Source: Candidatus Harrisonbacteria bacterium
GTDB lineage: Bacteria; Patescibacteriota; Minisyncoccia; UBA6257; 02-FULL-45-10c
Reading direction: 5' to 3'
Length of the DNA stretch: 64,000 nt
Assembly: GCA_016192685.1 (NCBI GenBank)
Contig: JACPTS010000001.1
Location: 225,710-289,709 of the forward strand
Part shown: positions 1-9,205 of the stretch, one piece after another
Numbering within the stretch: position 1 is the first letter of the stretch
Layout of the letters: every line of letters starts with the position of its first letter
Notes under the pieces: generated by a model
Told to the model about the DNA's origin: nothing
The model's input: only the letters and a program-made list of their open reading frames with translations
Databases searched by the model: none
Program-made: the position numbers and the translations under genes

Positions 1-708
1 CGGCGTTTCATCCACGATAATTTCCACTCCGGTTAAGCGCTCCAAAGTGCGGATATTCCGGCCTTCGCGGCCGATAATCTTGCCCTTTAATTCTTCATTT
101 GGAAGCTGGAACGCGCTGGTAGTAATATCCGCCACATGAGAACGGGCATAACGCTGGATTGCCGTAGTAATAATTTCGGCGCTCTTTTTTTCAATTTCCT
201 CCCGCCGCTCATTTTCCAATTTATTAAGGACAACCAAAAGTTCATTTTTATGCTCATCCTTAACTTTAGCAAGAATTTTTTCCCTGGCTTCATCTAAAGT
301 AAGTTTGGCCGCTTTTTCCAATTCTTTAATTATTTTTGCCCGCAATTCGTCTGTTTCTAATTTAGCGGCTGCCAGGCGTTTTCCTTCTTCTGCCAATCCT
401 GATTTTTCCGAACCAAAATCCGCCAGCTGCTTTTCCAGCTGTTCTTCTTTTTTAATCAGTCGTTCTTCCAATTTATCCAGCTGCAATTTCCGGCTTTTTT
501 CCTCACCCTTAACTTCTTCCAAAAGCTTGGCCGCCCGTTCTTTGGCATCCAAAACTACCTCTTTAGCCTGAGATTTTGATTCTTCCAGCCAATTTTTAAT
601 TTTTTGTTCTGCCGAATCAACTTGCCTTTTAGCAACTGTCTGACGAATAAAATAACCCGCCGCTAATCCCAATACTAAAACCGCCCAAATCAATGGATTT
701 GTTAACAT
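1..708 (-). CDS. rny: Ribonuclease Y (5' part; runs off window start)
   Basis: Not in ORF track. Manual translation from ATG 708 gives an N-terminal TM helix ([22 protein letters not shown]), a coiled coil, then the KH motif [29 protein letters not shown]. Confidence 0.93.
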   Translation of the reverse strand, partial: MLTNPLIWAVLVLGLAAGYFIRQTVAKRQVDSAEQKIKNWLEESKSQAKEVVLDAKERAAKLLEEVKGEEKSRKLQLDKLEERLIKKEEQLEKQLADFGSEKSGLAEEGKRLAAAKLETDELRAKIIKELEKAAKLTLDEAREKILAKVKDEHKNELLVVLNKLENERREEIEKKSAEIITTAIQRYARSHVADITTSAFQLPNEELKGKIIGREGRNIRTLERLTGVEIIVDETP

Positions 709-815
709 GTATTAAATTGTTTCCCAAGTATTTCATTTTTATTGAATTTGTTAGGAAATTACTTTTAATTAATTATTATATTTCGAAACTTTTCTGTATT
801 ATAATATTAAAGTAT

Positions 816-2366
816 ATGAAACGTCAAGTAATCCTCGCGATTTTAGACGGTTGGGGAATCGGGCCGAAAAATGAATCCAATCCGATCCACACCCAAGGAA
901 CGCCGAATCTTGATTACATCAAGACTGTTTTTTTAACCGGCGCTCTTCAAGCCTCCGGAATTTCCGTCGGCCTGCCCTGGAATGAAGAGGGTAACAGCGA
1001 AGTCGGCCATTTAACCATCGGCGCCGGCAAAGTTATTTACCAACATTACCCGCGCATAACTTTATCAATTCAGGATGGCAGCTTTGCGAAAAATAAAGTT
1101 TTCCTTAACGCCTTTGACCACGCCAAAAAAAATAAAAGCGCCCTAAATTTTGCCGGGCTTCTAACCGAAGGCAACATCCATGCCTCGCTCCAGCACCTTA
1201 CCGCTTTGATTGATTTAGCTAAAAAAAATAAAGTCGGGAAAATAAATCTGCATCTTTTTTCCGATGGCAAAGATAGCGAACCTAAATCCGCAGTCCGAAT
1301 TCTCAAAAAATTAATGGTTGATACTGGCGAGGGGTGGGAAATTGGAAGCTTCTCCGGCAGGCATTACGCCTTAGACCGGGACGGCTATTGGGAACGCACC
1401 CGGCCAACCTACGAAGCAATGACCGGCGCCGGATTGCCAATAAAAAATATCGGCGCGGCCATTAAAGAAGCTTACGGTAAAAATCTTAATGACCAGCAAA
1501 TTAATCCCTATGTCATAAATCCGGAAGCGGCCATCCGGGATAACGACGCGCTCATATTTTTTGATTTTCGGGAAGACAGCATCCGCCAGATTGCTTCCGC
1601 TTTTATCCTGAAAGATTTTAACCAATTCCCCGTAAAACAATTTTCTAATTTATATATTGCGACAATGACTGATTATTCGGATAAATTTACTGTGCCAGTT
1701 GCCTATCCGCCGGAAAAAATTGAGAATCCGCTTGCTAAAATTTTGGCTGACAACGGCAAATCCCAAATCCACATTGCGGAAACGGAAAAATACGCTCATG
1801 TCACTTATTTTTTTAACGGCTATCGCGAACAGCCATTTTCCAATGAATACCGGGTTTTAATACCGTCCAAAAAAGTGGCAAACTACGAAGAAAAACCAAA
1901 AATGCAGGCAAAAGAAGTAACCTCCAGAGCAATCCAGGCAATTGAGGAAGGGGCTTTTGATTTTGTTCTGGTTAACTACGCCAATGGGGATATGATTGCC
2001 CATACCGGAAATTATGAAGCGGCGAAAATTGCCGTTCAAGAAGTGGATGAATCCATCGGAACCATTCTCCGTTCCGCCTTGGCAAACAACGCGGTGCTTA
2101 TAATTACCGCCGACCACGGCAATCTGGAAACTATGCTTAATTCCAAAACCGGAGAAATCACCACTGCCCACGACATCTCACCAGTGCCGATTTATATTGC
2201 CGGCAATGAATTCGTAAAACAAAAAACACCCGCCGAAATTGGATTAGCGGAAAAAGAAACGGTCGGAATTTTATCTGACGTGGCGCCGACGATTTTGGAA
2301 ATAATGAACATCCCCCAACCGCCAGAAATGACCGGTCAAAGCTTAATAAAATTACTACGGGAATAA
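816..2366 (+). CDS. gpmI: 2,3-bisphosphoglycerate-independent phosphoglycerate mutase
   Basis: ILDGWG, GNSEVGH, AETEKYAHVT and TADHGN motifs; start moved to ATG 816 (MKRQVILAILDGWG). Confidence 0.95.
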   Translation: MKRQVILAILDGWGIGPKNESNPIHTQGTPNLDYIKTVFLTGALQASGISVGLPWNEEGNSEVGHLTIGAGKVIYQHYPRITLSIQDGSFAKNKVFLNAFDHAKKNKSALNFAGLLTEGNIHASLQHLTALIDLAKKNKVGKINLHLFSDGKDSEPKSAVRILKKLMVDTGEGWEIGSFSGRHYALDRDGYWERTRPTYEAMTGAGLPIKNIGAAIKEAYGKNLNDQQINPYVINPEAAIRDNDALIFFDFREDSIRQIASAFILKDFNQFPVKQFSNLYIATMTDYSDKFTVPVAYPPEKIENPLAKILADNGKSQIHIAETEKYAHVTYFFNGYREQPFSNEYRVLIPSKKVANYEEKPKMQAKEVTSRAIQAIEEGAFDFVLVNYANGDMIAHTGNYEAAKIAVQEVDESIGTILRSALANNAVLIITADHGNLETMLNSKTGEITTAHDISPVPIYIAGNEFVKQKTPAEIGLAEKETVGILSDVAPTILEIMNIPQPPEMTGQSLIKLLRE

Positions 2367-2390
2367 AAATTCCCCGCGTGGGGAATTTTC
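2366..2390. terminator. Bidirectional hairpin terminator
   Basis: aaaattcccc-gcgt-ggggaatttt between convergent genes. Confidence 0.6.
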
Positions 2391-2393
2391 TTA

Positions 2394-2657
2394 TTATAAA
2401 AAACACCGATAATATACCCATAAATCGTGGCCGTGAAGCAAGGTGAATTTTCCTACTTTTCTGGCTGGCAATTTTTTATCTGCCATGGCTTTTCTAATGT
2501 TATAAATGGTGCAAGCTAAAACCTTAGCAGCAATAGGCGGCGTAACTTCAACGTGAAAAAAATTTTCGTACCCTAATTTTCTTGCCCGCGCCTTAAAAGT
2601 TGTTTGTCTTTCTAAATCCTTTTTAAATAATTGCCAGCCGCTTGATTTTCTTGACAT
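2394..2657 (-). CDS. Small helix-turn-helix (excisionase/HTH_17-like) DNA-binding protein
   Basis: TPPIAAKVLACTIYNIRKAMADKKLPARKVGKFTLLHGHDL resembles the excisionase-type winged HTH pattern. Confidence 0.55.
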   Translation of the reverse strand: MSRKSSGWQLFKKDLERQTTFKARARKLGYENFFHVEVTPPIAAKVLACTIYNIRKAMADKKLPARKVGKFTLLHGHDLWVYYRCFL

Positions 2658-2695
2658 CGCTATCTCCTTAAACTATTTTTTTAGTAACTCAAAAT

Positions 2696-3934
2696 ATGTT
2701 ACCTCAAATCATTAAAAAAATAAAGTCCGCGCCCAAAAGCCCCGGTATCTATATTTTTTATCAAAACCAAACACCACTTTATGTCGGAAAAGCTTCCAAT
2801 CTAAAAAATCGGCTGCAAAATTACCTTAAAATTACCGATATAAAAACCGAATCCCTGCATCGCGAAGCAAATAAATTAGAACTAATAAAACTTAATTCAA
2901 ATATTGAAGCTCTAATTATTGAATCCAAACTGATCAAAGAATTAAAACCGAAATATAATATCCTCTGGCGCGACGATAAAAACTATTTTTATGCGGCTAT
3001 TACCCGGGAAAAATTTCCAAGAATCTTTGCGGCCCATCAATTAAATAATCCTAATACTGAATATATCGGGCCGTTTACTGAAGGAAATTCGCTAAAAGCT
3101 ATTCTCCGGCTCCTGCGGCGCTATTTTCCCTATTGCACTTGCAAGCCGCATCTACGCCTTTGCTTAAATTCTCAAATCAATAATTGTCCGGGGTATTGCT
3201 GCCAAATAAATGACAATAGACAACAGACAATGAACAATAGACGACAAATTACTGACTACAAGAAAAACATTACTAAAATTAAAAATATCTTAACCAGAAA
3301 AGACAAAAAATTTATCCGCCAGCTTAAAGACCCTTATGAACTTTTGGTATTGGAAAAAATCTGGGCGCATGAACCATACCTTGAACAGAACAATAGACAA
3401 CAAGACAAACACTACTCACGCGTTGAATGCTATGACAATTCTCATCTCTCCGGCAAAGAAGCCGTAGGAGCGATGACGTCATGGACAAAACAAACTACAA
3501 ACAACAATGAACAACAAATAACGACAAAATGGCTGGCAAATAAAAATAGTTGGCGCAAATTCAAAATCCGCGGCAATTATACCGAAGACGACCCGCGTAT
3601 GATGGAAGAAATCGTCACACGGCGGCTTAATCATCCGGAATGGCCTTATCCGGATTTAATCATAATTGATGGCGGAATCACCCAGTTTAATGCGGCAAAA
3701 CGAGCAATCCAAAAGTCAAAGGTCAAAGGTCGGGGGTCAAATGTTATAAAAGTTATTTCTTTCGCCAAACCACGACAGCTGATTTTCGGATTACAAAAAA
3801 ATCCAGTGCCGATTTCAACTTTACCAATAGAATTTCAAAATTTAATCAAAACGGCGATTCAAAATACCCATAATTTCGTCATCCGCTATCACCGAAAAAT
3901 TAGAGAAAGAAAATTTATAAAGGAGTATAATTAA
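2696..3934 (+). CDS. uvrC: UvrC-like excinuclease (GIY-YIG plus RNase H-like domain; short form)
   Basis: PGIYIF..LYVGKASNLKNRL, KPKYNI, ECYDNSH, PDLIIIDGG; no C-terminal HhH visible. Confidence 0.85.
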   Translation: MLPQIIKKIKSAPKSPGIYIFYQNQTPLYVGKASNLKNRLQNYLKITDIKTESLHREANKLELIKLNSNIEALIIESKLIKELKPKYNILWRDDKNYFYAAITREKFPRIFAAHQLNNPNTEYIGPFTEGNSLKAILRLLRRYFPYCTCKPHLRLCLNSQINNCPGYCCQINDNRQQTMNNRRQITDYKKNITKIKNILTRKDKKFIRQLKDPYELLVLEKIWAHEPYLEQNNRQQDKHYSRVECYDNSHLSGKEAVGAMTSWTKQTTNNNEQQITTKWLANKNSWRKFKIRGNYTEDDPRMMEEIVTRRLNHPEWPYPDLIIIDGGITQFNAAKRAIQKSKVKGRGSNVIKVISFAKPRQLIFGLQKNPVPISTLPIEFQNLIKTAIQNTHNFVIRYHRKIRERKFIKEYN

Positions 3935-3937
3935 ATT

Positions 3938-4300
3938 ATGAAATTAATCTCTCATTTTATTTTTTCTTTCTTCTCAAACTTTATTACCCTGCTTATTGCC
4001 GGAAATTTTATTTCCGGATTTGAAATTTCTGATAATCTGGTTAATTTAGCTGTTGCCGCCGCGATTTTTATGCTCATTAATACCTATCTTCGCCCCTTGA
4101 TTAAAATGGTTTTATCGCCACTGGTATTCTTAACTCTGGGCTTATTTACTTTGGTCATAAACGCCGGAATGCTCTACTTGCTTGACATCCTCAGTGAGAA
4201 TGTTACAATAAGAGGAATAGAATCTCTTATATACGGAACTTTGCTTATTACTGGAGTAAATTTCTTGCTTCATTTTTCGGCAAAACACCTTGCAAAATAG
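3938..4300 (+). CDS. 4-TM membrane protein (YvlD / phage holin-like family)
   Basis: Four hydrophobic segments and the motif LRPLIKMVLSPLVFLTLGLFTLVINA. Confidence 0.75.
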   Translation: MKLISHFIFSFFSNFITLLIAGNFISGFEISDNLVNLAVAAAIFMLINTYLRPLIKMVLSPLVFLTLGLFTLVINAGMLYLLDILSENVTIRGIESLIYGTLLITGVNFLLHFSAKHLAK

Positions 4301-4319
4301 TCATTAGTAATTTTAATTT

Positions 4320-4535
4320 ATGTTAGCCATTGCCCAAATTACTGTTTCTATAATTTTAATTATCTTAATACTGCTCCAAGAGCGCTCTTCGGGTTTGTCG
4401 GGAATTTTAGGCGGAGGGGAAGGCGAGGGGAGATTTTATCAAACCAGGCGCGGATTAGAGAAATTTATCTTCTGGAGCACCATTGTCTTAGCCGCCCTCT
4501 TTGCTTTATTGGCGCTGACCGATCTAATTATTTAA
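4320..4535 (+). CDS. secG: Preprotein translocase subunit SecG
   Basis: ILLQERSSGLSGILGG...TRRGLEK with two TM helices. Confidence 0.88.
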   Translation: MLAIAQITVSIILIILILLQERSSGLSGILGGGEGEGRFYQTRRGLEKFIFWSTIVLAALFALLALTDLII

Positions 4536-4585
4536 AGATTTGGATTGTTTTCCCGACTTCAACAGAAACCCTTTATGGACCTTTA

Positions 4586-6247
4586 ATGCCCGATCTTATT
4601 TATCAAATTTACAAAAATTTTACGGAGTTAGAACGGCGAATATTTTTACTTACGCTGTTAATTTTCATAATGTCAGGAACTATGTGGCTAACACTAATGT
4701 TTTATTCGCGCACCGTAACAGTGCCTGCCGCCAGCAGTCTGTATAAAGAAGGGCTAATCGGCCAGCCGATTGCGGTTAATCCAATTCTAGTTGGCGCCAA
4801 TGATGCTGACCGCGATTTAATTGAACTCCTATTCAGCGGCCTTATTGATCTCACGGAAAGTTACAAAATCAGCGAAGGCGGCCAATTATGGAAAATAATT
4901 TTAAAAGAAAATCTCCGCTGGAGCGACGGCAAGCCGCTAACCAGTGACGATTTAATTTTTACCATTGACAGCATCCAAAATTCCGAAAGCCAATCCCCCC
5001 TCTTTTTAACCTGGCAAGGGGTCGTGGTTGACCGATTAAGCGAGCGGGAGGTAGAATTTACCCTGCGAACGCCCTACGCGTTCTTTCTGGACAATTTAAA
5101 GGATTTAAAAATAATCCCGAAGCATATTTTCAGCGTTATCCCATTGGAAAATTTCCGCCTTTCTAATTTTAATTTGGAACCGGTGGGAAGCGGGCCATAT
5201 AAATTCGCGTCATTGGAAAAAAGGAAAGACGGTTTTATCACCGACTATCGCTTAACTGCCAATGAATATTACCCACTTCCAAAACCGCATATTGAAAATT
5301 TTGACTTGAAATTTTACCAAAGCGCCGCCGATCTTATTAACGCGTTTAACCAGAAAAAAATTGACGGCTTTGGCGGGCTTAATCCCAAAAACACTGAAGA
5401 ATTAAAATTAAATAATGTCATTTTGGAAAAAATCATTCCCAGATATTACGCGATTTTCATAAATAAAAATACCAGCCCCAGCTTGGAAGATAAAAATGTA
5501 ATCGCCGCTTTAAATCTGGCCGTTAATAAACAAAAAATTATAGAAGAGGTTTTCGGCGGCCGGGCCTTGGTCATTAATGAACCTCTTTTGCCGACTATTG
5601 AAGGCTACGACCGGTCCGCTGACCCGGGATGGGAATTTTCAATAGAAAAGGCGGCGGATATTTTAGACAAGTCTAAGTGGATGCCCAATCCGGAAACCGG
5701 CATTCGCGGGAAAAAAATCGGCAAACAAAGCCATTCTTTAGAATTTTCCTTGGTAGTCCCGCAAATACCCTTTCTTAATGAAACCCTGAAAATCATAGCC
5801 GAAGACTGGAAAAAAATCGGCGTTCAATTAAATCCGATAATTTTAAACCCGACTGACATTGCCAGCGAATTAATTAAAACCAGAAATTACCAGATGATAA
5901 TTTTCGGAAATATATTAAAAAATAATCCCGATATTTTTTCTTTCTGGCATTCTTCCGAAAGGTTCTATCCCGGATTAAATCTCGCCCTGTATAATAACAA
6001 AAAGGCCGATAATCTGCTGGAATCAATCAGAAAAAATCTTGACGGCGAGTCAAGAAAAAAAGAACTGGGGCAATTACAAAAGCTAATTAGCGAAGACCAA
6101 CCGGCGATATTCCTTTATTCTCCAACCTACCTCTATGTAGCCCCTAAAGATTTTGGCGGTTTTGAGGAACAAACTATTGCCACGCCTTCCGACCGATTTG
6201 AAAATGTTAATCAATGGTATCTGGAAACAACGAGAATTTTTAAATAG
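4586..6247 (+). CDS. Peptide ABC transporter substrate-binding protein (family 5)
   Basis: LRWSDGKPLTSDDLIFT, PVGSGPYKF, N-terminal TM anchor. Confidence 0.88.
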   Translation: MPDLIYQIYKNFTELERRIFLLTLLIFIMSGTMWLTLMFYSRTVTVPAASSLYKEGLIGQPIAVNPILVGANDADRDLIELLFSGLIDLTESYKISEGGQLWKIILKENLRWSDGKPLTSDDLIFTIDSIQNSESQSPLFLTWQGVVVDRLSEREVEFTLRTPYAFFLDNLKDLKIIPKHIFSVIPLENFRLSNFNLEPVGSGPYKFASLEKRKDGFITDYRLTANEYYPLPKPHIENFDLKFYQSAADLINAFNQKKIDGFGGLNPKNTEELKLNNVILEKIIPRYYAIFINKNTSPSLEDKNVIAALNLAVNKQKIIEEVFGGRALVINEPLLPTIEGYDRSADPGWEFSIEKAADILDKSKWMPNPETGIRGKKIGKQSHSLEFSLVVPQIPFLNETLKIIAEDWKKIGVQLNPIILNPTDIASELIKTRNYQMIIFGNILKNNPDIFSFWHSSERFYPGLNLALYNNKKADNLLESIRKNLDGESRKKELGQLQKLISEDQPAIFLYSPTYLYVAPKDFGGFEEQTIATPSDRFENVNQWYLETTRIFK

Positions 6248-6330
6248 CCCTCATGGCGGAACTGGCAGACGCGTACGCTTCAGGTGCGTATGGCCGCAAG
6301 GCCGTAGAGGTTCAAATCCTCTTGGGGGCA
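6247..6330 (+). tRNA. tRNA-Leu(CAG)
   Basis: Acceptor gccctca/tgggggc, anticodon arm tacgc-ttCAGgt-gcgta, long variable arm ggccgcaaggcc, T-loop ggttcaaatcc; CCA not encoded. Confidence 0.95.
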
Positions 6331-6423
6331 CAAAAAAATTATAATTAACTAAATAACTAAAGACAAAAAGACAAACAGACTTAAAATTTAAAAGTCTTTA
6401 GCCTAAAGTCTTAAGTCAAAATA

Positions 6424-8145
6424 ATGATTAGAGCACCCAAAAGAATATTTAGAAAAAAAGCTTCTCCGGAATTAAAAAATAAAGAGGCGATTTTGCGTTT
6501 TGTGCCGCTCGGCGGCTTGGAAGAAATCGGCCGCAATTGTTCCTTTTTTGAATACGGAAACGAAATTGTGATAATGGATGTTGGTATCCAATTCCCGGAA
6601 GAAGAAACTCCGGGAATTGATTACATAATTCCGAATGCCGCTTATTTGGAGCCAAAAAAGAAAAATATCCGCGGCATTATCCTCACTCATGGCCATTATG
6701 ACCACATCCACGCCCTCCCCTATTTAATTGAAAAAATGGGTAATCCGATAATTTATACCGCGGAACTTACTAAGGCTTTAATTGAAAAACGTTTTCAGGA
6801 ATTTCCAAATCTGCCGAAACCAAAAATTGAAATCGTGAAAGACGGCGATCGGGTAACTATTTCGGAGCATTTCACGGCGGAATTTTTTGATATTGAACAT
6901 ACTATTCCGGATGCCATCGGATTTATTCTGGACACTCCGGAGGGAAAAATGGTCCACTTCGGCGACTTTCGGGTGGATCGGGATATTGACGGCAATCCGC
7001 AAAAAATGGAAATTTTTGAACGGCTTGGAAAAATGGGAATCCACACGGTATTTTTAGACAGCACCAATGCGGATATTGATGGAAAGTCTATTCCGGAAAA
7101 ATTAGTAGAAAAAAACTTGGAAAATCTTTTCAAAAATGCCGATGGCCGAGTCATTGTTGCCACCTTTGCATCTCTTCTTACCCGATTGGCGGAAATTATC
7201 AAAATCGCGGAAAAATTAGACCGCAAAGTGGCTCTAAACGGCCGTTCTATGAAAGATAATGTCCAAATCGCTAAAAATCTTGGCTATATGAAATTTAAAA
7301 AAGACCACGTAATTAATATAGAAGAAGTGCATCAATATAAAGATAATAAAATAATGATTTTAACCACTGGCGGGCAGGGCGAACCGAATGCCGGACTGAC
7401 CAAAATCGCCAATGGCGAACATAAAAGCGTCCGTTTGAAAAAAACTGACACGGTTATTTTTTCTTCTTCAGTCGTTCCGGGCAATGAACGGAGTGTCCAA
7501 ACTCTTCAAGACAATATCGCTCGCCAGGTGGCTGAAGTTTATAATTCCAAACTATTAGATATTCATTCCAGCGGCCACTGCCTAAAAGAAGATTTACTGT
7601 TAGTGCTAAAAACAGTTAAACCAAAATTCGTAGTGCCAATTCACGGCTACTATTTTAAACGCTCGGTAGCCGCTAAAATTGCCCAGCAAACCGGCATTCC
7701 CAAAGAAAATGCCATTTTAATGGACAACGGCCAAGTAGCCGAGATTGCCAAAGACGATTTTAAGGTTACCAGCGAACAAATTCCCGCCAATTATGTTATG
7801 GTTGACGGCCTTGGCATTGGAGATGTACAAGAAGTAGTGCTGCGGGACCGTCTAATGCTGGCGGAAGAAGGCATGGTGGTAGTAATTGCCACAATTGATA
7901 GAAAAAGCGGGCGATTCTTGAAAACTCCGGATATTATATCCAGAGGATTCATTTACCTGAAAGAACACAAAGAATTATTAGACGAAATTAGGATAAAATT
8001 AAAATCCATTATCGGAAGAATGCCTCGGCACCAAGAAATAGAGCCGGATTATGTAAAATCTTTAATCCGGGACCAAATCGGCCAACTTTTGTATAATAAG
8101 ACTAAACGGAGGCCGATGATTCTTCCAGTACTTATTGAAATTTAG
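6424..8145 (+). CDS. rnj: Ribonuclease J
   Basis: PLGGLEEIGRN, THGHYDHI, HSSGH, TKRRPMILPV. Confidence 0.95.
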   Translation: MIRAPKRIFRKKASPELKNKEAILRFVPLGGLEEIGRNCSFFEYGNEIVIMDVGIQFPEEETPGIDYIIPNAAYLEPKKKNIRGIILTHGHYDHIHALPYLIEKMGNPIIYTAELTKALIEKRFQEFPNLPKPKIEIVKDGDRVTISEHFTAEFFDIEHTIPDAIGFILDTPEGKMVHFGDFRVDRDIDGNPQKMEIFERLGKMGIHTVFLDSTNADIDGKSIPEKLVEKNLENLFKNADGRVIVATFASLLTRLAEIIKIAEKLDRKVALNGRSMKDNVQIAKNLGYMKFKKDHVINIEEVHQYKDNKIMILTTGGQGEPNAGLTKIANGEHKSVRLKKTDTVIFSSSVVPGNERSVQTLQDNIARQVAEVYNSKLLDIHSSGHCLKEDLLLVLKTVKPKFVVPIHGYYFKRSVAAKIAQQTGIPKENAILMDNGQVAEIAKDDFKVTSEQIPANYVMVDGLGIGDVQEVVLRDRLMLAEEGMVVVIATIDRKSGRFLKTPDIISRGFIYLKEHKELLDEIRIKLKSIIGRMPRHQEIEPDYVKSLIRDQIGQLLYNKTKRRPMILPVLIEI

Positions 8146-8225
8146 TATCACGTGTCATGCGTCATGTGTCACGGAAAACAACGATAATCTTTCCTGATAC
8201 TTGATATCTGATACCAGACACATTT

Positions 8226-9200
8226 ATGAGAAAACCAATCCTAATATCGGGTATCCAACCGACCGGCAACCTCCACCTCGGCAATTATTTGGGTGCTTTA
8301 AAAAACTTTGTGGAACTGCAAAACTCCGGCAAATATGACTGCTACTTTTTCATTGCCGATTATCATTCTTTAACTATTGATTTTAATTCAAGTGAAAAAT
8401 CGAGTGAGATATTGGCGGTTGCTAGTGCCTATTTGGCGTCTGGCATTGATCCGAAAAAATCAACTATCTTTGTCCAATCGCAAGTTCCCGAATCAACTGA
8501 ACTGGCTTGGATTTTTAATGCCCTGACGCCGCTTGGCGAAGTGGAGCGCATGACTCAATACAAAGAAAAGCGGGAGCAAAAATTAGGTACGGATGTCGGT
8601 CTTTTAACCTATCCCTTACTCATGGCTGCGGATGTTCTGCTTTACGATGCAAAATTTGTCCCGGTTGGCAAAGACCAACTTCAACATCTGGAGCTTGCCA
8701 GAGAGATTGCTCGAAGATTTAATAATCGCTTCGGTAAAACCTTTATAGAACCGCAAGCGCTCCTTACCAAAACACCACGAGTGATGTCTCTTAATGATCC
8801 GGCCAAAAAAATGTCCAAGTCTCTTCCGGAAGGATGCCTTTTTTTGAGTGACTCTGAAAAAGATATTGAAAATAAAATCAAACGCGCGGTTACTGACTCC
8901 GGTTCAGAAGTAAAATATGACGCACAAAATAAAGCCGGTGTTTCCAATCTGCTTTTAATTTATGAAGCTTTATCCGGCGCCCCGATATCCCGGCTTGAAA
9001 AAAAATATTCCGGCAAGGGCTACGGTCAATTTAAAACTGATCTAGTTAAATTAGTTACGGATTCGCTAAAACCATTCCGAGAACAAAAAACTTCTTCTAT
9101 AAAACTTAAATCAATGCTCAATGCCGGCGCTAAAAAAGCCGAGAAACTTGCTTCAAAAAAAATAAAGGTGGTTAAGAAAAAATTAGGATTACTGGATTAA
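8226..9200 (+). CDS. trpS: Tryptophan--tRNA ligase
   Basis: SGIQPTGNLHLGNY, VPVGKDQLQHLE, KMSKS. Confidence 0.96.
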   Translation: MRKPILISGIQPTGNLHLGNYLGALKNFVELQNSGKYDCYFFIADYHSLTIDFNSSEKSSEILAVASAYLASGIDPKKSTIFVQSQVPESTELAWIFNALTPLGEVERMTQYKEKREQKLGTDVGLLTYPLLMAADVLLYDAKFVPVGKDQLQHLELAREIARRFNNRFGKTFIEPQALLTKTPRVMSLNDPAKKMSKSLPEGCLFLSDSEKDIENKIKRAVTDSGSEVKYDAQNKAGVSNLLLIYEALSGAPISRLEKKYSGKGYGQFKTDLVKLVTDSLKPFREQKTSSIKLKSMLNAGAKKAEKLASKKIKVVKKKLGLLD

Positions 9201-9205
9201 AAAAT

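Noticed and set aside
693-815. N-terminal extension of GpmI given by the ORF track
   Set aside because: It overlaps the rny start and the AT-rich divergent promoter region; family homology begins at ATG 816.
3938-4300. Prophage inferred from the holin-like gene
   Set aside because: This family is common in chromosomes and no phage structural, lysis or integrase genes are nearby.
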